64,000 bases of DNA from TPA_inf: Saccharomyces (Eukaryota): positions 256,001-320,000 of the forward strand of contig BK006938.2 in the NCBI GenBank assembly GCA_000146045.2, in the 5' to 3' direction. The position numbers were made by a program, and so were the translations under genes. This document shows positions 1-11,201 of this stretch, piece by piece (position 1 is the first letter of the stretch; every line of letters starts with the position of its first letter). Below the pieces are notes generated by a model that saw only the letters and a program-made list of their open reading frames with translations, was not told the origin of the DNA and did not search any database.

Positions 1-530
1 AGGTAGAACAATTGATCGACATAAACTTAATAGGTGCTTACCGAATCATCAGTACATTTGCAGAAGATATGATAGACAATAGGGAAGGCTTTATAATTAA
101 CATTGCTTCAGTCCTCGGAGAACTGACTCCTGCAAGGCTGACATCGTATGGTGCATCAAAAGGAGCAATGATTGGTTTTCACAAGTGTATGAGCAGGCAT
201 TTCAGAAGTTTGTCCACGGAATGTAATAAAACTGGAATAAAAACACTACTGGTGTGCCCGGGAAAAATCAAAACTAATATGTTTATTGATGTCCCTACAC
301 CATCTAAGTTATTGGCTCCTGACATCATACCTTCCCAACTGGCACTAGCGATAATCTCTGCGATGGAGCATAATCATCTGCAAACACTAAATGCCCCATA
401 TTATGTGAACCTAGTTCCCTTTTTCAAAACTTTGAGTTGGCCATATAGGCATCTCTTAAAACATTTCAGTGGAATGGACCATGTAACGTCAACCAGCCCG
501 CGAGCAATAAATCCGAAGAGAAGTGCATAA
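1..530 (+). CDS. YDL114W: C-terminal part (172 aa in window) of a short-chain dehydrogenase/reductase family protein. The gene starts upstream of the window.
   Basis: Open frame runs from the window edge to the stop at 528-530. The translation carries the SDR catalytic signature YGASKGA (YxxxK). Its position upstream of ATG20 fits the yeast chrIV map. Confidence 0.6.
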   Translation, partial: VEQLIDINLIGAYRIISTFAEDMIDNREGFIINIASVLGELTPARLTSYGASKGAMIGFHKCMSRHFRSLSTECNKTGIKTLLVCPGKIKTNMFIDVPTPSKLLAPDIIPSQLALAIISAMEHNHLQTLNAPYYVNLVPFFKTLSWPYRHLLKHFSGMDHVTSTSPRAINPKRSA

Positions 531-632
531 TATTTTAGTCTATTTAATACATTTGACGTTATTTGATCTTCACGTTGTTTATATATATATATATCAAGTA
601 TGCTATAACGCTAAAAAAAAATGCTCATAATA

Positions 633-2555
633 CTATGCAAAATCTTGATGTCTTTTGACTTCTTTCCAAATTTCTAAATTTTGACGGGCATAATTTCTCA
701 TATATCTGGAATAATGCTTTAAAATTTCTGATAAATCTACTTCCCTTTCTTTAGAAAATTTAGGTAGCTGGTCATTTTTGATGACTTTTGAAATGACCTC
801 CAAATCATTCTCAGTAACTTCCAATGATTCAGACAGTTGTTCAATTTCTTTCTTCAAATTGATACTTGCGGTATGCGGATCTGTTTCTTGATACTTCACA
901 GAATCTTTTACCATTGATGCCAATTTGTTAAATCCATTGAATAGTTTGCCACCATATGATTTCCCACCGCTACCTGTATTATTATTAGGGCGTTCCAGAT
1001 TAATAGTATGACTTTTAGACATTTCGTTGTCAATTATTTTGTCAACATCCTTATATTCATTGTTTTGCGCTTCCAGCTTCTCCAACTGTGCTCTTTTGGA
1101 ATTCAGAGACTTTTTAATCATTTCATTTTGCAGGTATTTCAATTTTCTGTATTTGATCAATTCTCTTGCAGAAGTTGCCATATGAACAGATTCATTTAAA
1201 GGCTCATTTATATTGTAGTATAGTCTTCCAACTAATTTTTCTAAAGAAATCGAGGACCCCGAAAAGGCATTGCTTAAGTAAGAAAGCTGTTCGGCCAATT
1301 CCCCAACTTGAGCCTGTTCATGGGCAAACTGTGCAAATACCTCACCGATTTCATTGTAATCCGATTTCAAATCGTGATAAGTCTTCGTGGTTCGTCTATT
1401 ATACTTATAAATCCCGTTATCTAACAAGTTCTCATATTGCTTGTAATCCTGTTCAATATTAGTAAACGACTTACTTCTTTCCTTATCCATTTTTTTGTCG
1501 TTGGACTCCTTATTCAACAATAACTGTGACGAGGAGCCCGGTATTGGTAACATGGCATGAATTCTAGTGGTGTTAGTGGGATCTAGTGGATTACACTGGA
1601 GGATGCTCTTCGGTAAAGATGAAAAAGTGGACGAACTGTTAACAAATTCATGCCAATTATGGTTATTAGGATCCAAAAAATCGGTAATTATAGATGTTTT
1701 TGTGATTTCTTCGTTCGTCAAAAGTTTGTTCAAGAACTCAGTGAGCATTCTTATCCTATGCCGTATTAACTTTTCATCACTATTATTGACCGACGCATGT
1801 ATCACAGACAATGATAGATCTACTGAACCAGAACCTTCTGAGGGCAGCAAATACTTTGAACTCGAACCAGTTATTGACTTACCATAATTCTTTATTGACT
1901 GCTTTTCTGGAATCGGCGGTATCAACGTCATAGGAAACAATCTTATCAAGATACTTCTCAAACTCTCGAAATCGCTGTAACGTCTCTGAACGGTAGAATT
2001 TTCAAACTGAATAACATAGGCGATGTAGGCTCTTCCTTGACCTTCGGAAACTCTTTTCGCTTCAAGTATGTGTATCCTAGCGGACTTCTTTCTATTACTT
2101 ACAGAAGGTTCTTCTGACGCAGAGGTCTCTCCGTTCATGGAGTTAATACTTCCACTAAGACTTGTTCTACATGTTTCTGCATTCGATTCTTGGTTTAAAG
2201 GCAATAATCCCTCAGAGTCATCCTCGTAATCTTCATTCGGGTTCTTTAGGTTATGGCTTCTCATACCGGGTATTTCTAATAAAGCTGATTTTGTGAATCC
2301 TGTTGGCCCCTCCTCCATGAATGGGTTGTCTTTTTCTAACAGGGCTGTGTGTACTAACTCAGTTTCTACTTTGTTATTGTCCCCCTTTCCAACCTTACCC
2401 TTTTTTGGGCTCTTTTTTGGCGATCCAACTCCATTCTTAGAAATTTCTGCCTCTGCCACATACTCAGTTGTCCCATGAGGTGGTTCAGCCTTTCCTGTAT
2501 TCCGAGTTTCCGAATTCAATTTAGCATTTTCTTGGACATCATTTAAGTCTGACAT
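633..2555 (-). CDS. ATG20: Sorting nexin with PX domain, involved in autophagy/Cvt (640 aa)
   Basis: 640-aa ORF. PX-domain-like segment ([13 protein letters not shown]...), Ser/Lys-rich N-terminus. Length and N-terminus [14 protein letters not shown] match my memory of Atg20/Snx42. Confidence 0.85.
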   Translation of the reverse strand: MSDLNDVQENAKLNSETRNTGKAEPPHGTTEYVAEAEISKNGVGSPKKSPKKGKVGKGDNNKVETELVHTALLEKDNPFMEEGPTGFTKSALLEIPGMRSHNLKNPNEDYEDDSEGLLPLNQESNAETCRTSLSGSINSMNGETSASEEPSVSNRKKSARIHILEAKRVSEGQGRAYIAYVIQFENSTVQRRYSDFESLRSILIRLFPMTLIPPIPEKQSIKNYGKSITGSSSKYLLPSEGSGSVDLSLSVIHASVNNSDEKLIRHRIRMLTEFLNKLLTNEEITKTSIITDFLDPNNHNWHEFVNSSSTFSSLPKSILQCNPLDPTNTTRIHAMLPIPGSSSQLLLNKESNDKKMDKERSKSFTNIEQDYKQYENLLDNGIYKYNRRTTKTYHDLKSDYNEIGEVFAQFAHEQAQVGELAEQLSYLSNAFSGSSISLEKLVGRLYYNINEPLNESVHMATSARELIKYRKLKYLQNEMIKKSLNSKRAQLEKLEAQNNEYKDVDKIIDNEMSKSHTINLERPNNNTGSGGKSYGGKLFNGFNKLASMVKDSVKYQETDPHTASINLKKEIEQLSESLEVTENDLEVISKVIKNDQLPKFSKEREVDLSEILKHYSRYMRNYARQNLEIWKEVKRHQDFA

Positions 2556-2914
2556 TGTGTGCTGTAGAAGACAACTTTTCTAGATGGTATGTTCAATTGC
2601 ACCACCAGTATTCGAGCTAGTCATCTCTTCATTTTGGAGATGACTTGCTGTAAATCGATAAATATTGGCTTACTCAATAGCCATATCTTAAAGGGGGCAC
2701 AATGGGTGAGTTGTCGGGTAAGGGAATGTAGATCACGTGAATGAAAATTCAAGTGTTTTTCGAAAAGTTTCACCATGGCGATGAGCAAGATTGAAACAGC
2801 ACTATTGTAACTATATAATTGCTAGTAAGCAAATAAGCCAAGCCTTATTAAAATCCGGTGAAAAGAATTGTTTAACGAACGTTACAAACTCTATACCTTT
2901 TTTTTACCAGCAAA

Positions 2915-5900
2915 ATGGTTGGAGGTGCTCTCATCTGCAAATATTTACCACGCGAAGAGCAACTAAAGCTTATATCAGACTTGATTCAGAATGACAGCTT
3001 AGAAGAGGTGCTGGAGTTGATTGAAACTTCGCCACTGGATATAACGACGGACAGCAACATTGAAACACCAATCTTTGAAAAAATTACTGAGCAGGTCATT
3101 GCGTATGCTAGTATAGACGGTGAAGCCAGGGAAATGTTTCGCTCTTCGAGGGCTGAAATGAACAAGGCGCTAAGAACTTCTGCACAATTACTATGTTGTT
3201 TACCCAGTGTATGGCATAAATTTCAGGTGTGGATGAGCTACCGGTTAAATGACATCATTAGCGAAAACTATAAACATCTCTTCAATGACAACTTTGGAAA
3301 AAAGATTGTACAACCATTTTTCGATTCTTTTGCTGAGGAACAAAACGCTAATATCAAGCATGAAAATCTGCACTTAGATATCCTTAGCCTGCTTCACTAC
3401 TTAGAAGTTGTATATTTATTTGACGAATGTAAGAATGGTATATCGTCCAAATGCCTAGATTTTATCATTGTTCCATTGTTAGGCTGTAATTCGGAAGAGA
3501 TTGCTGATTCCTGCTCCAAGTTAATGAGATGGCATATCAAATATTTATCGAAATGCTGCAATACCGATAGTAACTTTGATAAGCTCATTTGGACATTTAT
3601 CAAACAATTGTACGCTGAAGGCTCCCAACAAGCTTGGAAGCAAAAGAACAGTTTATCTTTTCTCCTAAGATTCCTTTTAGCAGCAGAGTTGTCTCCTGAA
3701 CTTATTACTTATATAAAGACCGATGCTTATTGGAGGCACATTCAAACAGAGCTGGATAATGATGTGCACGAACACAGAAAATTGGCACTCTCAATTCTTA
3801 AATTAACAATTCAAAAACTGTCATCTCATGGTATAACATTGCAAACAACATTTTATAAATGCAATGATCTAGCAAATATCGAGATGCTGGGTAGCTGGAA
3901 GAAATTCACCACCTTATATGAAATGATTGCTCTGGACACATCATTGAATCAAATACAAGCGGCCAAACAAGATATAATAAAAATTTTTGATAACGAGCAT
4001 TTACACCATAGTTGGGGCCTTATCTTGCTTTCTACGGGATTGAAATCATCAATGGAGAGTGTCAGAAAATACATGATGACGTTAATGTTCTCGATTACAA
4101 ATATGTCAGCATTCTCTTCAAACTTGCCATTATTGACAAAAACTCTTCTTCCAGCTGCAATGTCCGCTCATTATTTTGATGTAAAAGGTGTCAGTTGTCC
4201 CCATGGTGAAAAACTTTCATTATTTGTCAATAACTTACTTTCCCAAACAACAGAAGGCATATCAGATATATTATTTGAAATTTTGAAATTATTGGTGGAA
4301 AAAGGGACCTCTTTTGACCCTTCTAGGATATACTTGTCCTACGGTATCTTAGTTTTCTTCCAGAATAACAAACAGAAAACAATCAACTCTGACCATTTGA
4401 GTCTGATCAGGAAATTGTACGATTTTGCAGCCGAAGAAGAGGTTCTCGAAACTACAATCCAAACAATTTACTTGAAGTTCTTACTGTACATTGATCCATC
4501 TGTCTCCGCATCTGAATTATTGTTTACATTAGTTTCACACATTAAGTTAAAGGGAGGGACATACAAATATGTTGAGCCTCTTTTTGAAGATTATAGGGAT
4601 CTTGCCGTTTCTCACTTTGACGATTTGCAAGCGAAAGAAAACTTGACGACAAACATCGGAAAGGATACTATTTTTGACCTCTTAGCATCTATCATCTTCG
4701 ATTTCAAGGATATTGATATTACTCCCGATTTTTTAATTGAAGTTGCGAAGTCGAAGCAAGATATACCCGTTTACACTTCAAAGGCAGTTACTTTTCTAAC
4801 TCAGCTACTTTCAGGCGAACCTTCGAACGGTTATACCTATGAAAATGCAACCGCTTTGTTGTCTTACCCAAATTTTACAATATCTACATGGAAATCCATC
4901 AATGTGAATAATTTATTTAAGTCGGTAATGGAAAAATTTTCGCTTGATAAATTCAAGTTCTTTGCTGAAATTTACCAGAAGACTTATGAATGTAGGTTCG
5001 ATACAATCGAGCTAAATTTTAATGACCTTCTGAGCCTATATGAAATGGTTAAAAAGTCTGCCAATCAGTGTTCAAGAGAGAGCTTTAAAGTGAAGGACAG
5101 CGCTTATTCTTCTTACTTTGAACTTTTAAATACCTTCCTGAAAACATACGCCTTAAATCGTGACTCTTCTGAAGGAAATGATGATGAGCTTCACATACTA
5201 CTACGCTTAGTTGACGAGAATATTAACAAAGATAATGGGAATTATCTGGGGAACCTGGCAGTCTGTAAATTATTGTACTTTATCATAGATTCCTACATCC
5301 ATTGCTCCACATCTGTTTCTGATGATGATATTTTCATAGTGAAATTCATTTTTGAGAAATTTTCGTTTATATGGGAATGTATTAATAGTGAAAGATTAGT
5401 TTTGAAGGAAAGGGATCTGCATTTGATGCTAATTAAGGGATTATTTCATCCTGTGATCCTGTACTTTGGATCAAATCAGTATATCGATACTTTGACCTCG
5501 AAGTTGGAGGAACATGCACAAACGATTATATCATTGAGTTATTCCAGAAGAAGCCTACTCCCTCTTCTCGGATCACAACTCAGAGTATTTATGAAGTTTT
5601 ATGGGAAATTGTTAAGAGAAGATGTCAACTATTGGTGGTTGATTAACATTATAGTAGGTGTTTTCAAACAGCCGCAAATGGATGTCAACCTTTACAAGCT
5701 CAAACCTGTTATTTCCAGCCTATTTGACCACAAACTGAACAATTATTACATAAAAGGCGATGAACTTTATGAAAAGGTGTACGGACCCGACGAAATATTG
5801 GCTAGAGTATCTATTATTGATTCTATTTTATATGCAAATGATCAGTTGAAAATTCGATTAATCGAAAAAGTTACTGAAAAAACAAACGCACTTTATGCTA

Positions 5901-7225
5901 TAAAGAGAACCGACGGTGCCGAAGCGTTACAGAGGTTGTTGCAGTGGCAATTGTTATTATTATCACTACTAACCACCAATGAAAAAAAATTAAGCGAAAC
6001 TAGCATGATCAGAATTCTAAAGAGTATCGAGGATGAAAGTTCACCACTAGTAAGAGTATATAAAGAATGGTTCATTTCCTCAAAGGTTGTTGATTATTAT
6101 AAAACTGGCAATCCAAAATTTGCTGAGGATTATCTCTTCTCATTGCTGGAGGATCATAGCAAACCGGTGTTTGTAGTTAGCGCAGAAAAAATATGCTTTA
6201 TGGTGTTGAAAGATTTAAGAAACGACGAAAAGAAATATGGATTTACACAGTTACTAGACAGATTCATTTGCACGTTAGTTCCTAACGCAGCTTCAAACAA
6301 ACCTCTGGTAAGGCATTTTTCTAATTCTCTAATAATTTCATTATGGCCTACATTCAAAGCCTACCTATCGGATCACACACTGAGAAACATCATTGAGAAC
6401 TTATATTCCAATGCCAAAAAGACTCAAATATTTGGTCAATATCGTGCCGGGGATGCCAACATATGGGATCTGAAGGGTGATAGGAAATTAACGAACATGT
6501 TTGGTGGTGTGCTCAAAAAAGTTACCGACCATGATTGCCCGTACATTTCTGAGTCTGTTTTCGAAAAATATTTGCAGGAGAAAGATATTGTTCCTATAGG
6601 TACCGATGAAAGGTCCTTATGGCTTGATAAAAGAGACACCAATACGGAATCTGTTAACAACGCGAACATCTCCTGTGACACTTCTCCACTGCAAACAAAA
6701 AGTGGAGCTTGGGAAACCGTTCTGGATCTGGACAATAAAAAATCGAATGATGTCGTTACACGTTCTGAATTGATTGTGGTATCTTCATTAGTTGATAAGC
6801 CGCCAAACCTGGGAGGTATTTGTAGGTTATGTGATGTTTTAGGTGTGGGACTGCTTACTGTACAAGACATCAAAGTCAAAAACCATCCTCAATTTAAAAA
6901 TGTTGCTGTGACTGCTGATAGATGGATGCCCATGGAGGAAGTTGCCCTAGATGAGATTGCAAGTTTCATGAAAGAGAAAAAGAAGGAAGGGTACACATTA
7001 ATTGGGCTAGAGCAAACGGATAAATCAGTGAAGCTAGACAACAATTTCCAATTCCCTAAAAAATCATTGATCTTGCTAGGAACCGAAGCATTCGGTATTC
7101 CGGGGACTTTGTTAAGCGAATTGGATTTATGTTTAGAGATTCAACAATTTGGTGTGATCAGATCAATGAATATTCAAACGGCAACCGCAGTTATCGTTCA
7201 TTCCTATACAGTTCAACACATGTAA
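2915..7225 (+). CDS. TRM3: tRNA (Gm18) 2'-O-ribose methyltransferase. Large protein with a C-terminal SpoU/TrmH methyltransferase domain (1436 aa).
   Basis: 1436-aa uninterrupted ORF. The C-terminal ~170 aa carry SpoU-type motifs (LGLEQTDKSV, LLGTEAFGIP, NIQTATAV). The size matches Trm3. Confidence 0.85.
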   Translation: MVGGALICKYLPREEQLKLISDLIQNDSLEEVLELIETSPLDITTDSNIETPIFEKITEQVIAYASIDGEAREMFRSSRAEMNKALRTSAQLLCCLPSVWHKFQVWMSYRLNDIISENYKHLFNDNFGKKIVQPFFDSFAEEQNANIKHENLHLDILSLLHYLEVVYLFDECKNGISSKCLDFIIVPLLGCNSEEIADSCSKLMRWHIKYLSKCCNTDSNFDKLIWTFIKQLYAEGSQQAWKQKNSLSFLLRFLLAAELSPELITYIKTDAYWRHIQTELDNDVHEHRKLALSILKLTIQKLSSHGITLQTTFYKCNDLANIEMLGSWKKFTTLYEMIALDTSLNQIQAAKQDIIKIFDNEHLHHSWGLILLSTGLKSSMESVRKYMMTLMFSITNMSAFSSNLPLLTKTLLPAAMSAHYFDVKGVSCPHGEKLSLFVNNLLSQTTEGISDILFEILKLLVEKGTSFDPSRIYLSYGILVFFQNNKQKTINSDHLSLIRKLYDFAAEEEVLETTIQTIYLKFLLYIDPSVSASELLFTLVSHIKLKGGTYKYVEPLFEDYRDLAVSHFDDLQAKENLTTNIGKDTIFDLLASIIFDFKDIDITPDFLIEVAKSKQDIPVYTSKAVTFLTQLLSGEPSNGYTYENATALLSYPNFTISTWKSINVNNLFKSVMEKFSLDKFKFFAEIYQKTYECRFDTIELNFNDLLSLYEMVKKSANQCSRESFKVKDSAYSSYFELLNTFLKTYALNRDSSEGNDDELHILLRLVDENINKDNGNYLGNLAVCKLLYFIIDSYIHCSTSVSDDDIFIVKFIFEKFSFIWECINSERLVLKERDLHLMLIKGLFHPVILYFGSNQYIDTLTSKLEEHAQTIISLSYSRRSLLPLLGSQLRVFMKFYGKLLREDVNYWWLINIIVGVFKQPQMDVNLYKLKPVISSLFDHKLNNYYIKGDELYEKVYGPDEILARVSIIDSILYANDQLKIRLIEKVTEKTNALYAIKRTDGAEALQRLLQWQLLLLSLLTTNEKKLSETSMIRILKSIEDESSPLVRVYKEWFISSKVVDYYKTGNPKFAEDYLFSLLEDHSKPVFVVSAEKICFMVLKDLRNDEKKYGFTQLLDRFICTLVPNAASNKPLVRHFSNSLIISLWPTFKAYLSDHTLRNIIENLYSNAKKTQIFGQYRAGDANIWDLKGDRKLTNMFGGVLKKVTDHDCPYISESVFEKYLQEKDIVPIGTDERSLWLDKRDTNTESVNNANISCDTSPLQTKSGAWETVLDLDNKKSNDVVTRSELIVVSSLVDKPPNLGGICRLCDVLGVGLLTVQDIKVKNHPQFKNVAVTADRWMPMEEVALDEIASFMKEKKKEGYTLIGLEQTDKSVKLDNNFQFPKKSLILLGTEAFGIPGTLLSELDLCLEIQQFGVIRSMNIQTATAVIVHSYTVQHM

Positions 7226-7312
7226 GAATCAGGTTTCATTCCCACTTTTGTTAACCATGAAGTTTTTAGTATGTAAACTAATTTGTCTTTTTATCTAATT
7301 GTGACTATATTT

Positions 7313-8110
7313 TTATAAATTCTCCAGTGATCGTACTACGTCGGGGGCGTATTTCTCCACCATTGCAAGACCTTGCTTCAACAAATGAGGTTTAAAGCTT
7401 TTAACGTTTGAATCATTCAATGCTACTGATCTGATAGGTGATGTAATCTTACCATTAGACCAGGAAATGATTAGGCCATTATTGGCCACTTCGCTTTCGT
7501 TGGCTGCAGGGTCCAATAGCATATTGTTGCCTACAACGGCCAATATAAACACTAAAGGCGGATTAATGTCAAGCTTAACCATGTCGTAATCATGAAACGT
7601 AGGAAGTTCTTCCACCTCTAAGTCGTCAAAAGCTGAAATAAGTTTCGGTAGGTATGTGGAGTTCAACGCTGAATAAATAGCAAAGGATATTAAAGAAACT
7701 GGGTGTGAATGTGATGAAATGACCAGAACATCGACAAATATTTTGAAGCTGTACTTTTTTGTCAATTGCAACTTTGAGGAATCTACTCCGCTACCAGACT
7801 TCAAAACCTTGTTCAGTAAAGAAGTGATTGTCTCTACTACCAGCGCGTCATCTCTTTGGCCTGCGATATCTACATCGACCTGAAGTAGTTCATTCTCCAC
7901 ATGATGATCCACAACTTTGGACTTAATGCTCACGATACATTCACTTCCATCACTAGCTATAATTCTGGACGATCCATTGGAACTTGGTAGGAAGTCAGTA
8001 AATATTTCTATAGGTCTGAATTGATGAGGTAGTCTTCCATCGGGCCTAATTGAAGGCGTGCTTGCTAGTGAATCGTATAGGTACGACTTTTCGGCGACCG
8101 AAAGAGACAT
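7313..8110 (-). CDS. RRP42: Exosome non-catalytic core subunit, RNase PH-like (265 aa)
   Basis: 265-aa ORF with RNase-PH fold-like sequence. RRPE motif upstream. Position and size fit. Confidence 0.8.
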   Translation of the reverse strand: MSLSVAEKSYLYDSLASTPSIRPDGRLPHQFRPIEIFTDFLPSSNGSSRIIASDGSECIVSIKSKVVDHHVENELLQVDVDIAGQRDDALVVETITSLLNKVLKSGSGVDSSKLQLTKKYSFKIFVDVLVISSHSHPVSLISFAIYSALNSTYLPKLISAFDDLEVEELPTFHDYDMVKLDINPPLVFILAVVGNNMLLDPAANESEVANNGLIISWSNGKITSPIRSVALNDSNVKSFKPHLLKQGLAMVEKYAPDVVRSLENL

Positions 8111-8243
8111 AAATGATTATTTCAACAGAATCTCAAACTGTCGTTGTGCTAGTCAAAAAGAATGCCTTTTGCCGTCTACAGACTATTAGTATCATTGTAC
8201 TCCTTCACCATATAAGCTCTACGTTTCTTTTTTCTGAATATTA

Positions 8244-8256
8244 GAAAAAAATTTCG
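8244..8256. promoter_or_regulatory. RRPE-like motif (GAAAAAAATTTCG) upstream of RRP42
   Basis: AAAAATTT core lies about 135 bp upstream of the RRP42 ATG. RRPE is typical of ribosome-biogenesis regulon promoters. Confidence 0.45.
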
Positions 8257-8511
8257 CCAACTAGGGTTCAAAATAATAGACTAGGGCACGGAAGAAAAGC
8301 ACACCCTAGGGCTTTCGGAGATAAATTATTAATAGCGAGTTTTTTTTGTATTTACTTATTTTATTATTTCTTTAAGATATCTAGTAGTAAGGATAGAACG
8401 GGTAGATAGAATAGACAAATGGAGTTATTGAAATATTTATACGAAGAGATAGAACAGAGAGACAAAGAGTATGACGTGAAAATGATGCGCAGTAAAACTA
8501 AATCCCGTCTC

Positions 8512-8964
8512 TTAAATGAATATGCTGTTTGGTGTCACGACGTCCACATTTGAATTGTCCATGTCAACGTCAGGGCCCTTGTTGGTGTTGTCCTTTGCCT
8601 CTACCTCGTGCTTACTCTTGCCATGGCCCGTCTTTCTATATACCGTTTCTTGCTCCAATGCGTCCACTCTCTCATTGTAATTGTTTAGCACAATTTCGTT
8701 CTCCCTGACAGAGTCCTTGTACAGCGCCAGGTCTCCCGAATCAATGTTCTCCAAGTCGTCGCTGTCGTCAGCTTCAAGACGGTCGTCAGCACCCTCCAAC
8801 TTAGCTATGTATTTACCCAAGCGGGCGTTAGACCTCTGCAAATGATTGATACTGTTCTCAATTTCTGTTTTAATCTGTGCCAACTCCATGTCGGACATGC
8901 CGCTTATCGCCGTCTTAAATTCTTCGATCTGGATTGGTCTTCTGATACCGCCTGCTGAGCACAT
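8512..8964 (-). CDS. TMA17: Small acidic ribosome/proteasome-associated protein (150 aa)
   Basis: 150-aa ORF, acidic coiled-coil protein. Position between RRP42 and YDL109C. Confidence 0.7.
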   Translation of the reverse strand: MCSAGGIRRPIQIEEFKTAISGMSDMELAQIKTEIENSINHLQRSNARLGKYIAKLEGADDRLEADDSDDLENIDSGDLALYKDSVRENEIVLNNYNERVDALEQETVYRKTGHGKSKHEVEAKDNTNKGPDVDMDNSNVDVVTPNSIFI

Positions 8965-9257
8965 TATGTTACTTGTAGTAGTTATTATGTTTTGATTTGC
9001 TTTATGTTTTATAAAGATCTTACCCCTCTTTTTGTCAAGAGAAATAAGCTTCTGAAGTATTGTTTTCCTGGTGAAAAGTGTCTTATTTATATGGAGAAGG
9101 GATATTCGGCCTCGGTTTTAGGGGAGGAGCTGAAGAGTTGTCCCGCTCGAAAAAGACCCGTAAGCGCATTTATCGAACTACGAAGTAAAATGGACTTTCG
9201 TAGGTGTGGACAATAGTAAATTGCAAGTCAATCCCGGGATGACGTCAAGATAGACAG

Positions 9258-11201
9258 TCAATCTGTCACAGAGGAATGCTTGCTAATCCAGGAGCTGGCG
9301 AGCTGGCTAGCTGTGGAGACTATTCCACCATGGTACACACTAGGATCCTCGATCTTGGTGAGCCATGAGTAGAACTTGTTTGGTTCCACCCCTCCGGTTG
9401 CCATGTTTATATCTTCCTCAGCAAACTGTTTATCTTGCATTGGTGAGGCGATTGGGTCATCTCTTTGGAAATGGGCGGTAACAAGGTGGTCAACCACCGG
9501 CCAGCCGTAAGCGTTGGAAAACCTTCTTCTTACGATGATGTTATTGTGGGCATCTGGTTTCAGCAATACCACGACTTTCCTCCAATGCATCCCCTTGTGC
9601 CAGCGGCGTGCTATGATTTCCTCCATCTCTTTTCTCGTCTTCCTCGTTTCGCCTTCCTTGGCTGCTGTTCCTTCATAAAGTGTTGGTGATGGAGGCGGTA
9701 AATTCTTTTCTGTGTAGATCTTATCATGTATGATTGTTGCGACCCTTGCATCGGGATCTGAGAAGAACTTTGCGTCGGGGCATGGTGATAGAAGCACAGA
9801 CTTCATAGATTTGATGACGGAAGCATTCATCAAGCGTTTAGATTTCTTGTCGCAGTTATTTTCCTTGCTCTTCCAAAACGTGTTCCATGACGATGCATTG
9901 ATTCCATCATCATCATTAGCAACATCGCTATGATTTGGAAGTTCCCCAATAGGACTTACTTCAGGCTGGAAGAGAGGATCACAAGGTGCCGTAGTTTGAC
10001 CTCCCAGTTTCTGAAGTAATTGAGAGTAGTCCAAAAAAAGTAAAGAAGAGGAGTACAAGGGAACTATTCCGTCGTTGACGGCATTAGCATAAAGTGTTCT
10101 TCTTTTGAATCGAGCAAGCACACTGATTAAGGATTCCTCGGATAGCAGGTAAAGTAGGGGCTTATCACCATAATTTCCATCCTTAAGACCCAGTTCTTGC
10201 CCCGTAGTACCAATGATACCCATCGACAATGACATTTTTACGTAATTGGGCGTGCTGGTAGCAATGCCTAGCAATGGTGACGCCAGTGAGATAAAATTGA
10301 TTGGCTCCACTTTCTTAAAGAAATATGGATATTTGGTCTTTATGTAACAAATAGCAAAAGTTTGTGTTAATCCACCCAGGGAATGACCAATAAATGAAAT
10401 TTTCCCAACAGAGTCATCATATAACTCGTCGATGATGTAGTTTGCCAATCCAACACCCAAAAACTTAATACCCTTCTCAGTCTCACAAGCATTCTTCATA
10501 TATCCCTTAATAACTAGTCGCTCATTTGGATTGTTCATTTGAGCCTTGTATATTTCTTCCATTAAGTATTCCATATCTGCCGAAACGTTTGATTGAAAAC
10601 CATGCGTGAGAATGACTAAATGGGATTTTTGCGACATGTCTATGGGTCGTGGTACTTTCCATATATCTGCGGTGGTAAGTCTATGCACCGATAATCCTGT
10701 GTGTAAAATATTGCAGGCTTTATCAGGCAATGAATCATTACATCGTATTTTTCTTTTCAAAGAGGCCTTTGAATTGCCGACTACTATCTCAAAAGTTACC
10801 TTAGTTTCTTTATTAAATAGTATTTGACTGACAATATCCACTATCCATACATAGCGTGGCTTAATGTGGTGCAAGGACAACTCTGCAATAAACTTTTGTT
10901 GTGCCTGTAGGTTTGATTGAAATACTGGTTTATCCGCCGAACATATGATCTTATACGAGCTTTCGTAATCTTTTGCTCGCACGTCACAATATAAGATAAA
11001 TGGGCCCAATAGATAGGCTGGTTTATAGGATAGCTTTGTGGTATTTTTGATCTTTACCCATAGGGAATCCAGTGTGATATCAGCGGGAATACTATCACCC
11101 TGGTATAGCTCATATGTAATAACGTATCTTTCTAACTCACCTAACTTTACTGACGACTGATTGTGGTATAGCACTTCATCAGCACTCCTGCCAGCTTCCA
11201 T
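9258..11201 (-). CDS. YDL109C: Putative lipase / alpha-beta hydrolase (DUF676 family) with GHSLGG nucleophile elbow. Called as 647 aa from the second in-frame ATG. The open frame extends 30 codons further upstream to an ATG at 11291.
   Basis: GHSLGG serine-hydrolase motif in the translation. The ORF track gives 677 aa from the first ATG. I trimmed to MEAGRS... from memory of a 647-aa annotation. The start is uncertain. Confidence 0.7.
   Translation of the reverse strand: MEAGRSADEVLYHNQSSVKLGELERYVITYELYQGDSIPADITLDSLWVKIKNTTKLSYKPAYLLGPFILYCDVRAKDYESSYKIICSADKPVFQSNLQAQQKFIAELSLHHIKPRYVWIVDIVSQILFNKETKVTFEIVVGNSKASLKRKIRCNDSLPDKACNILHTGLSVHRLTTADIWKVPRPIDMSQKSHLVILTHGFQSNVSADMEYLMEEIYKAQMNNPNERLVIKGYMKNACETEKGIKFLGVGLANYIIDELYDDSVGKISFIGHSLGGLTQTFAICYIKTKYPYFFKKVEPINFISLASPLLGIATSTPNYVKMSLSMGIIGTTGQELGLKDGNYGDKPLLYLLSEESLISVLARFKRRTLYANAVNDGIVPLYSSSLLFLDYSQLLQKLGGQTTAPCDPLFQPEVSPIGELPNHSDVANDDDGINASSWNTFWKSKENNCDKKSKRLMNASVIKSMKSVLLSPCPDAKFFSDPDARVATIIHDKIYTEKNLPPPSPTLYEGTAAKEGETRKTRKEMEEIIARRWHKGMHWRKVVVLLKPDAHNNIIVRRRFSNAYGWPVVDHLVTAHFQRDDPIASPMQDKQFAEEDINMATGGVEPNKFYSWLTKIEDPSVYHGGIVSTASQLASSWISKHSSVTD

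Noticed and set aside
6436-6879. 147-aa antisense ORF within TRM3, and similar internal antisense ORFs within POL3, PMT1, PMT5, UBX3 and VAM6
   Set aside because: They are fully contained within long conserved sense ORFs. Their lengths are as expected by chance for AT-rich sequence. No domains.
8981-9010. Near-match (10/11) to the ARS consensus WTTTAYRTTTW (cTTTATGTTTT) downstream of TMA17. Other 10/11 matches occur in AT-rich spacers.
   Set aside because: No 11/11 ACS match with a flanking B-element context was found in any intergenic region. 10/11 matches are common in AT-rich DNA. I cannot support an origin call without replication data.
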